Source: Geosiphon pyriformis uo1
Lineage: Eukaryota; Fungi; Glomeromycota
Direction of reading: 5' to 3'
NCBI GenBank assembly: GCA_016748015.1
Contig: JAAOMT010000664.1
Coordinates: 1,245,518-1,309,517, forward strand
DNA: 64,000 nucleotides
The position numbers were made by a program, and so were the translations under genes. Below the pieces are notes generated by a model. That model made no database searches. It was not told the DNA's origin and worked only from the letters and a program-made list of their open reading frames with translations. Shown piece after piece: positions 11,855 to 21,965 of this stretch (position 1 is its first letter; each line of letters starts with the position of its first letter).

Positions 11855-12141
11855 GTGTTATAATAGGTATTTTCCCAAAAGTATTCTTTACTTTTTCTAT
11901 TAAGTTATCTGTCCAGTTTTTATTATTCTTTGGTAGTCACTGATATGGTGTATTCTTTGTCTTTCTTTTTGTGTTTCAATAGCAAATTGTTTGGTTGTTG
12001 ATGACAATTTCCATGTTTAACTGTTGTTGACTTAATGCCTGAGGCAGTTGTTAAACTATGGTGTGAATGTGATCTGGTATTTCCATTTTTCTTGGTTGCT
12101 TTTGTCATGTGTACTGTGTCTTTATATCCTCTTTTGGTTGT

Positions 12142-13524
12142 TCAATTCAATGTGTTTGGTTCAATAACTATGATTGATTCCAGATCTTGTGGAATCTCAT
12201 TTGGTTGAACTATTATTTTTTGTACTCCCAACTGTGAAATGGTATTGGAAAATGATGATGCTATCTGGTGATATGGTTTTAGTTGATCACCATGTGCTGC
12301 TTTGGTTAAGATTTTGTTGTTCCATCTTAATTTATAAGCTCCATTTCCTAGAATTTCTTCTATGTGAAATGATTCATCCTATTTGGGGTCGAATTTTCCA
12401 CTCCATTGTTTTTCTGCTTTGGTACAATGTAATAGTACTTTGTCTCCAATCTTGAATTCCACTGGTTTATCTGGTAGTTGGTTATTATGTTATTCTTTTT
12501 GCTTTTCTTGTGCTTTTTGGATATTATCAGCTACTTTCTATTGTCTGTTTTCTAGTGTTTCTATTAAGTTATATGTTCTTTTCAACAATGTTTCTTGGAA
12601 ATTATCTTCTGTTATTGGTTCAGCTAAATATGTATTGATCTCTATCTCAACTGGTAATGTTGCTGTTCTACCATATACCAATTCAAATAGTGTTGCTTGT
12701 GTGATATCTTGCTTCATTGTCTGATAAGCAAATAATACTGATAATATAAACAAATCTCATTCGTCCTGATTTTCTTGGCTGATTTTGGCAATTGCTTCAC
12801 ACAGTGTTCTATTAAATCTTTTAACTAAGTCATTCATTTGTAGATGGTATGGTAATAATAATGATCTTTTTATTCTAAATTTCTGGCTTAATTCTGCTAA
12901 TGTTTTGTTTACAAAGTGAGTTCTTTGATCTGATAATAGTTCTTTTGGATATCTATGTTGACAAATTAAATCTTGATGGACAAATTCAATAATGGATTCT
13001 GCATCTGCTCTTTAAATGGCTTTTGCTTTTGGCCATTTTGTGAGATAGTCTATGGCTACTGCAATATATTTGTTGTCTCTGCTGGTAATTGTTAATGGTC
13101 TGACTAAGTCAATTCCAATATGGTCGAATGGTTGTCACACTTTGATTGGTTTTAATAGTTTATTGGGTTTTGTTCCACCTCTTCTCTGACAAGCATCACA
13201 ATTCTGAACATATTGAATGATATCTGGATATATTGATAACCAATAGTATCTTTTTCTGGTTCTTTCCATAGTTGCTTCTTTATGAAAATGTTCTGCTGTT
13301 AGATCTGAATACATATTGAATAATATTGTCTCTTTTTCTGGTTCTGTAATGACTTTTATTGGTTAATCTGAATTTCTTCTGTTTTTCCAGTAAAGTATAT
13401 TTTTATAATTGATAAAATGTTTTGATTGTTGTTTGATATTATTTCGCTCATTTTGAGATAATTTCTCCTTAAACTGTTGAGTATTTATATAATGTTGTAA
13501 TTGTTGATATTTTTGTATGTTCAT
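12142..13524 (-). pseudogene. B integrase (separate ORF)
   Basis: ATG at 13524; zinc-finger region; GIDLVRPL; TLFELVYGRTATLP; tail LESIIVIE. Confidence 0.85.
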
Positions 13525-14032
13525 CTTTTGTTATATTTTTGTTGGGTTTGTTCTGGTTTTGTTATATTTTTATGTTGAAATGTTTTTTGATTTGTCTTAT
13601 TTGCAACAAACTGTTGTTACCTGAGTAGAAAAACTGATCCAAGGTTATGAAGAAACGTGACCAAAACGTGACATAACACAGAATAATGCACAATAATGTT
13701 GGATAATGCGTTATAACGTAGGATAACATGTTATAATACAGAATAACACAAAATAGCATGCTGTTACAGTTTAAGAATTTAGAAAAAAGAATCATAAAAA
13801 TAATACAAACTATTCAATCATAATATAGCACAGTAATAATCTTAGAAAGGTAATGATTAACATAGTAGCAAATACCATCTCGCGATAGTGGCAAGCACCA
13901 GTTCACAATAGCAGCCAACACCAACTGATGATAGCAGCAAACACCAGGTTGAAATATCAAAAAGAAAGTATTTTCTTGTAGAACTATAAACATGTATATA
14001 TACAATAGTTTTAATATTGGGAAATAATTAAT

Positions 14033-14721
14033 NNNNNNNNNNNNNNNNNNNNNNNNNNNNNNNNNNNNNNNNNNNNNNNNNNNNNNNNNNNNNNNNNNNN
14101 NNNNNNNNNNNNNNNNNNNNNNNNNNNNNNNNNNNNNNNNNNNNNNNNNNNNNNNNNNNNNNNNNNNNNNNNNNNNNNNNNNNNNNNNNNNNNNNNNNNN
14201 NNNNNNNNNNNNNNNNNNNNNNNNNNNNNNNNNNNNNNNNNNNNNNNNNNNNNNNNNNNNNNNNNNNNNNNNNNNNNNNNNNNNNNNNNNNNNNNNNNNN
14301 NNNNNNNNNNNNNNNNNNNNNNNNNNNNNNNNNNNNNNNNNNNNNNNNNNNNNNNNNNNNNNNNNNNNNNNNNNNNNNNNNNNNNNNNNNNNNNNNNNNN
14401 NNNNNNNNNNNNNNNNNNNNNNNNNNNNNNNNNNNNNNNNNNNNNNNNNNNNNNNNNNNNNNNNNNNNNNNNNNNNNNNNNNNNNNNNNNNNNNNNNNNN
14501 NNNNNNNNNNNNNNNNNNNNNNNNNNNNNNNNNNNNNNNNNNNNNNNNNNNNNNNNNNNNNNNNNNNNNNNNNNNNNNNNNNNNNNNNNNNNNNNNNNNN
14601 NNNNNNNNNNNNNNNNNNNNNNNNNNNNNNNNNNNNNNNNNNNNNNNNNNNNNNNNNNNNNNNNNNNNNNNNNNNNNNNNNNNNNNNNNNNNNNNNNNNN
14701 NNNNNNNNNNNNNNNNNNNNN
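14033..14721. other. Assembly gap (others at 18749-18768, 19206-19529, 30615-30634)
   Basis: N runs. The 20-N gap in C stands where most of RT should be. Confidence 1.
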
Positions 14722-17700
14722 AAAGAAAACTGTCACTCAATCAATAAAGAAACAATGTATTTATTCACCAGAAGATAAATCATACCATTTTTCACTAGAA
14801 AATAAGATACAAATTCCATTAGGAGCTGCATCATCATCAACATCAACTCCACAAACGCCAAAAACTCCTAGTTATATTGATAAAATTAAACAACATAACT
14901 GGGGAGACATACCAATTACAGGAGGATATTCATCACTATTCCAAAACCCTCTTTTTCAGCCAAAATTTAGAACGGGGTTTGAAAACTGTGAAGAAGAGTC
15001 TGAATCAGAATCCGAAAAAGAGACCAGTGAAAAAACAATCACAAGACCAGTCACTGGAACAAGCAGCCAGTCCAGAAACCAAGAAACTCGTGATCAAGAG
15101 GAAGAACCGGATATAAGGGAAGCCACCTTTAGGAACGCTCAAGGAAATATTATCCCACCTCCTCTTAGACCAATAAACCCACCAGCAGAAAACGGCAACG
15201 AAATGACCACACCATACATTGCAAGACTAACAGATTTCTCAGGAGAGGAAGAAGAAACGGACGTGCATACATGGCTCAGAAAAGCACAAAAAGCCATCCA
15301 GGCAAATAACTGGAACGACCAAAGAGCAATTCAAACATTACCTTTCTTCCTGAAAGGCACAGCCGACTCGTGGTATCAAAGCCTGGAAACAAAACCCACG
15401 AGCTTTGCCGAATTTAAAAATGCACTTTTGGAGTATTTTAGCGACCCAAACGCCGTAATCTAACTACAGAACGAATTCAATACTATCAAGCAAAATACCA
15501 GTGAAACTGTCACCCAATATCTTGCTCAATTCAATCGAATTCGCCGTCAGATTGAAGTGATTGAACAAGGATACTATACTGATCCTCAGGTTTTAAATCA
15601 GTTTATTAGAGGATTAAAAAGCAGCATTTTAGGAAGAGTACGCCCTGCCCACCCTAATTCCTTACCAGAAGCTGTTACACTCGCCAAAGCCCTTGAATCG
15701 GCTGAGAAAGAAGCTAACCATAGTTAAATGGTTAACATGGTAATAGAGGAAAATAAGACAGAAACATTAAAGAAAAGAGTAACGCGATTAGGGAAGGAAC
15801 TCTCTAAGAAAATAGAAAGTTACCTCATCCCGGATCCAAGAAAAAATACATACCAACCACCCCAAAGACACAGCCAGGAAGTCAGCAACAGTCAAAATAA
15901 TCGCTCGTCGCGCCAGGAATTCAGAACAGAAACACGCGCCTGCTATTTTTGCAAACGTGTAGGACATTTGATTAGTCAATGTCGAACGCGAATGATGCAG
16001 GAAGCACGCGAAAATAATTACTATGCACCACCCCAAATGCCCAGAAACCAGTACATGCCAATACCATGCCAATATCCCACCACGTATCAAAATCAAGGAG
16101 CTTACCAGCAACAGCCCATGATAGCCAACCCGAATTGGCATCCCGAGGCCTGAAATCAGCCCATGTGGAACCAGAACGCGTTGGTCCAGAGGAATCCAAA
16201 CCGCACCAGAACCAATCAGCAAACCAATCCAAACTACCAAAATTATCAACAAACTTATCTTAATATACTGGAAAACCTGATCATTGGAAACAATGATGGT
16301 AGAAACATAAACAAAACCAAGAATTCCTCCAAATTGAGCCAGACAATACCACCAGCAGTTGCCACCAAAGATAGCAGCCTCGCAGCTATTTTTCCTTTTG
16401 AATTAAAGGAAAACGAGACTATATTCAGTGGAGCAGCATTGGACGAAAAACGCCCAATCACTGCTATGTATATGGAAGCCACTGTAAACAATACCCCAAT
16501 CAAACTTATCTTAGACAGTGGATCCGCTGGAAGCATTGTAACGCTTCAACTAGTAAACCAACTGGGTTTCAAAGTTGATTGTGCCGCGATGTCCCAAATC
16601 ATAACAGCCGATGGAAGTACAAAGCTGCCTTATGGCGAAATCGACTCATTCCCTTTCAAAATTAACGGCATAGTAATACCTACAAAAGTATTAGTAATGG
16701 ACGCTACACAATATCAAGCGTTAGTAGGGAATGACTGGCTAACAAAAGCCAACGCCACCCTAGACTGGACCACCCAAGAGCTTCTGATCAATTATAATGG
16801 CTACCAGGCCAAAATTCCAGCCACCTGTGGCCACTTCCAAAAACCCAGCGCCAACCAAAGACCTACCTTCGAATTTGAGGAAAATTCAGCACTACCAGCC
16901 ATCGAAACCTATCAGCTCTCTTGGGCTGATGACCAAAGAACAGGACTACCAGCCGTACCAATGTGGACCAGCGAAGAAAGATCCGAATGGAACCAGGTAA
17001 GTTCACGAAGAAACCACCAGTGACGCAGACCAAAGCTAGAATGCTCGGTTTGCAAGAAGAAACTCTTGTCTATGACTGTGTGCAGTGCACCAGATGAAGA
17101 CCCAAGAAACTTTACCCACTACTATTGTAACCGTTGTAACAAAGAAAAATACGGTTACCCAGAAAGACACGGAAAATGGGATGAGGAACCGTGCCTCGCT
17201 TGTGGAGAACCGTTATCAAGAGGGTGCGACTAGAACAACTTACCAGGCAGAGGAGGAACGTGTGACGCAACTTGCCAATACACGATCCTCATCTATGACT
17301 GGGTAAGAGAAGGAATGCCATTCGAAGCAGCGTTCAACAGAGCGTTAAAAAGACTACAGCACTATGCACACGACGAGGATGAGTTGTACAACACCACACA
17401 AGCCAAAGTAAGAGAAGGAACTGCCGAAGAAATACGATGTTGGAAAGAGTCAGCCGAAGTAGCCGACGAAGTCGCCAGCTACAACATGTTCGACCCAGTG
17501 GACGAATTCCAGGACTACTACCAACAACTATGCCTCACTCAACAAGAGCAAAAACAATATCTCGCCCAAATCAACACTTATCTCTGCGAAAACTGTCTCA
17601 TCCCGTGCCAAAGTCAGTGCTGTAAAGAGTGTCAAAACAAAAGGGACTTAGAAAGAAAAATGGAAATTGAGAATCAGCAGTCTCAAAATCAATCAATAAA

Positions 17701-19205
17701 TCAACAAGACTCACCTGACGGTCCCGAGTCAGAAAAATTTGTAGCCTATACCGACCTAGAACAGGTGACCGACATCCGATACTTTGACAATGGGCACTTA
17801 GGAATAATACCTGAAAGAGCCCATCCAACCGATGCCAGATTCGATCTACATTATCCGGAAGACCAATCCACAACGTTACCACCCAGGAGCATCACCAAAA
17901 TCGACCTAAAAATAGTGGTTGAAATTCCGCCAGGAATAATGGTTCAAATGGCGTCGCGATCAAGCCTTGTGAAAAAAGAAATAAGCGTTCAAGGAGGAGT
18001 AATTGACTCCAGATACACTGGAAATTTAATGGTTTTGCTACAGAACAATTCAAAAAAGCCTTATACCATTGAATCTAAGGAAAAGATTGCACAAGCAATT
18101 TTTCTACCATTGGTAAAAATTGGGAAATTCGTGCCAGTGGAAAATTGTGAAGAATTGTCACAAACAACGAGAGGAACTTTTGGTTTCAGATTGACAGGAA
18201 AAGGAATTGAAGCGAATTTCACTGAAACAATAGAGGAAAAAGGCGAAGTAATTAAAAATGAGTGGTCTATCACACTTCTACTATATGGAAAATCAGAAAT
18301 AAGAATAAAAAAGACAATTAAAGAAAAAGACCTAATATTTGAGCCCTATCCAGAAACTTGCCAACAGTTTCTCATAGGACTTACTAACCTTTTTATTCCA
18401 GCTGATAAAGCTCAATGAATAAAAATTCCTATCGCAAACACCACAGAAGAACCCGTCTACATTCCGGAAAATACCATCATTGGATACCTCGGAATGGAGC
18501 TAGAAAATGCGTCAACACCACAAGAAATTCTAAATTTCCCAGAAATCACCCTCTACTGTGAACTCACTTCAATAAATTGGCAACAACCGGTAGAATGCTA
18601 TCAATTTACGCCAGAAGAATTGGCCAAATTAAACATTGGAACAATGGATCCCGACCAACAGCGACAATTAAAAGCATTAATTTTAAAATACTCTGATATA
18701 TTTTCAAGAAATGGCGAATTTGAAAGAACCAACTTGGTTCAACACCAANNNNNNNNNNNNNNNNNNNNTTCCAGTACCTCGAAACGTTTCAGAAGTTAGA
18801 AGCTTTTTAGGACTCGCATCTTACTACCGCCGCTTTGTAGAAAACTTTTCAAACATCGCCAAACCCCTTAATTACCTACTATCTAAAAATGTGAAGTTTG
18901 AATGGACTGAAGCACAACAAAAAGCTTTTGAGTACCTTAGACAAAAGCTCATTGAATCACCAATAATGATCTATCCGAATTTCAACAAGAAATTCATTTT
19001 GGCCACAGATGCCTCTGAAACTGGACTTGGAGCCATTCTGTCACAAAAAGATGATAATAGAAGAGAATGTGTAATTGCTTATGCCAGCAGAAGTCTCAGT
19101 ACGGCAGAACAAAACTACGCAGCACATGAACTTGAATGCTTAGCAGTAGTCTGGAGTTGTGTTCACTTTGACACATATTTACGGTACCAACCCTTTGAGA
19201 TTGCT
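14722..19205 (+). pseudogene. C gag-pol: Gag, CCHC, protease, Cys-rich module, dUTPase, (RT in gap), RNase H
   Basis: ORF pieces at 15203, 15728, 16163, 17315 and 18494 share one frame, broken only by point stops. CYFCKRVGHLISQC; LILDSGS; GGVIDSRYTG; LATDAS; ELECLAV. Confidence 0.92.
17805..18200 (+). pseudogene. dUTPase domain in C pol (also A ~6390-6790, D ~25530-25925, B ~32900-33290)
   Basis: Five motifs in trimeric order: DARFDL, SRSSL, GVIDSRYTG, EKIAQ, RGTFGF(R)(L)TG. Confidence 0.9.
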
Positions 19206-19529
19206 NNNNNNNNNNNNNNNNNNNNNNNNNNNNNNNNNNNNNNNNNNNNNNNNNNNNNNNNNNNNNNNNNNNNNNNNNNNNNNNNNNNNNNNNNNNNNNN
19301 NNNNNNNNNNNNNNNNNNNNNNNNNNNNNNNNNNNNNNNNNNNNNNNNNNNNNNNNNNNNNNNNNNNNNNNNNNNNNNNNNNNNNNNNNNNNNNNNNNNN
19401 NNNNNNNNNNNNNNNNNNNNNNNNNNNNNNNNNNNNNNNNNNNNNNNNNNNNNNNNNNNNNNNNNNNNNNNNNNNNNNNNNNNNNNNNNNNNNNNNNNNN
19501 NNNNNNNNNNNNNNNNNNNNNNNNNNNNN

Positions 19530-20074
19530 AGCTCCAAAAATTAGCAAAACACTATTTCATCCAAAATCACATACTTTATTACCAGAATCGACAAAATCCA
19601 GATAATCCATTAAGAGTTATAACCATGGATGAAAAAGAAACTATCTTATTTAACATGCACTCAGATATTCATTCAGGCCACTTTGGAAAAACAGCAACCA
19701 TCTAACGTGCAACTAGCCGTTACTATTGGCCAAAAATGAGCTCAGACATAATCCAATACATAAGAAATTGTGACCCATGCCAATGAAGAGGAGGAGCAAA
19801 AACAACTATCCAACTATTAGAATCTTTCATTGGAAAAACCAACACTACATTCCATTCAAAAACAGTTTACAGAATTTTCAAAGCATTTGAAAACTGTCAC
19901 AAATTATTGTTGGACCCAACCATGAACATAATAACAACCAACAGTATTGGACGACTTACCAACTCGCAATTTCAAGAATTACAACAACAAATTAATAACA
20001 CAGTATTGAACCACTATAGTAACTTAGAATTTAATAAAGAAATTAACTTCGATTTTGACGGAGCTCAATCTTGA
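19530..20074 (+). pseudogene. C integrase N-terminus fused to the 3' ORF C-terminus (catalytic core absent)
   Basis: MHSDIHSGH...CDPCQ*RGGAKT runs in frame into IQLLESFIG...IGRLTNSQF...FDGAQS*. Confidence 0.8.
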
Positions 20075-20580
20075 AAGGAGGGGATAATGTTACAGTTTAA
20101 GAATTTAGAAAAAAGAATCATAAAAATAATACAAACTATTCAATCATAATATAGCACAGTAATAATCTTAGAAAGGTAATGATTAACATAGTAGCAAACA
20201 CCATCTCGCGATAGTGGCAAGCACCAGTTCACAATAGCAGCCAACACCAACTGGTGATAGCAGCAAACACCAGGTTGAAATATCAAAAAGAAAGTATTTT
20301 CTCGTAGAACTACAAACATGTATATATACAGTAGTTTTAATATTGGGAAATAATCAATCAAGTAATAAAAATCATAGCTTATCAAGCAATAGATCCAATT
20401 TTATCCAACAAACTCCACTTTAAATCATACTTTCAAATTAAATATTCCAAGAAACCTTTAAAATCAAAAAGAAATGAAAAAGAATATTTAAAACTGAACT
20501 ATCACAACCCAAAGTATTAAGAAACTTACTTGTATTATTTATTGAATGAAACTATCATTCATCAACTGAATCCCTTGGAA

Positions 20581-20605
20581 GAATAATCCTTGATCAAGAT
20601 TATTC
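20581..20605 (+). ncRNA. Putative kissing-loop (dimer-initiation-like) hairpin in LTR
   Basis: GAATAATC-CTTGATCAA-GATTATTC; same loop on different stems in B, D and the solo LTR. Confidence 0.55.
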
Positions 20606-20711
20606 ACGTTGTTACTAATTGATAAAAGCTTTATTGTGAGAATTAGAAAAGCGCTAAAGACCATTAACATTCTGTGTTTCTAGATTAGAGAAACACATCA
20701 GGCAATTGCAA

Positions 20712-20771
20712 GGATAGCCTCAGAGAAGACCCCAGACAATGGGTAGATTTCAGTTCAGCCTTTGAGAAGGA
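20712..20771 (+). ncRNA. Putative conserved three-way-junction RNA element in LTR
   Basis: GGATAGC-CTCAGAG-AAG-ACCC..GGGT-AG..AGC-CTTTGAG-AAGG; stems covary with B, D and solo LTR copies. Confidence 0.55.
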
Positions 20772-21449
20772 GTACATAAACACACACAACAATTAAGAAT
20801 TAAAGAATAACTTACATCGCAACAGTAAAAAGAAAGCCTTCAGTATAACAGTGACATTATCACACAAATAGAACTGAGGAACTCACGAAAGACTGATTGC
20901 AATTAAAGCGGGATATCAGCAATTAAATATAACAAGAAAACCATTCCGTAACAATGCAATAACATAAGATAATGTGTTATAATGCAGAATAACACAGAAT
21001 AACATGTAATAACATCAGATAACATATTATAACATAGGATAACTAGTGATAATGTAGAAAAACAAAGCAATAACAGAAACAACAAAGCAATAACTAGCAA
21101 TAGTGAGACAATTGAAAGCAATCCTGTAAAACCAAAAGAATATATAAAAGCAAGTAGTTATAGAAGTGAGAAAAGACAGACAGATAGATACAAATCTCTA
21201 GACCAGAATTAAAATATCCATACCCCTTCATCCTTTATTATCTTCCCTATTTCATCTCCTGAAATAAACCAATTATTAAAGAAATCAGAATCACGAATTC
21301 ATGTTCTCAAACTTTGTGGAATTTACATGAATTAACCCTTGTCTCATACCTCCATTCTAAAACAGATGCTTTTAGCATAACCGTCTCGAATTTATTAACA
21401 ATTTGGACCAATCGCTCTTGATCACGGCAATTGACAATACTAATTTATC

Positions 21450-21506
<57 letters not shown>

Positions 21507-21905
21507 CTTTTTCTGTCTTATTTTTGTGGAGTAGCAACATAGTAAAATTGACTGTTTGAGAATAGACTTCGTGATAACCTGGTAAAAAAAGGAAGCTCCT
21601 CCTAAGTTTTGGATATTAACATTATCTTGTTAGCTTACCAGAAGGACAAAAAAACAATGCCAGACCCTAATGACTGCACTTGTTAGCTCAGAGAAGAAAG
21701 CTCACATTTACGAAAAACATTGCAATTGATGAAAGACAAATTCTGTGCCTTATAACCAAAGAACTCAACAGGTCAAATTCACATCCAGGAATAGAGACTG
21801 ATAATTAAGATTAAGCCAACAGAATTACACAGAAGACACATCATCAATAATTAAGAGTGCCAAACGTTACCATTTCTCATACCCACCAAGTTTACCCGTA
21901 ATATT

Positions 21906-21922
21906 TGGTGCTCTCTGTGAGG
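21906..21922 (+). promoter_or_regulatory. Primer binding site of D
   Basis: TGGTGCTCTCTGTGAGG, 2 nt after the LTR end. Confidence 0.85.
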
Positions 21923-21965
21923 TTATAAATCCACAGAGACAGAGCACTCTCAAAAATACATAAAA

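Larger units (their letters stand above)
13762..20953 (+). mobile_element. Ty3/Gypsy LTR retrotransposon C (least decayed; partly in assembly gaps)
   Basis: LTR start TGTTACAGTTTAAG at 13762 and 20088; end GTAACA at 20953; perfect TSD ATGC (13758-13761 / 20954-20957). Confidence 0.92.
20088..20953 (+). repeat. 3' LTR of C (866 bp)
   Basis: Matches 13762-14032; preceded by PPT, followed by TSD. Confidence 0.95.

Noticed and set aside
13814-14740. Long ORFs across N runs (also 19159-19605)
   Set aside because: Artefacts of translating assembly gaps.
15788-18273. Antisense and alternate-frame ORFs over gag-pol
   Set aside because: Not conserved among the four elements; no recognisable motifs.
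18749-18768. Natural RT deletion in element C
   Set aside because: Coincides with an N gap, so it cannot be interpreted.
21568-21650. Hairpin ribozyme (ATAACCTGGTA / ACCAGAAGGAC resemble loop B strands)
   Set aside because: No loop A (AGAA and N-GUC) found; kept only as an unclassified structure.
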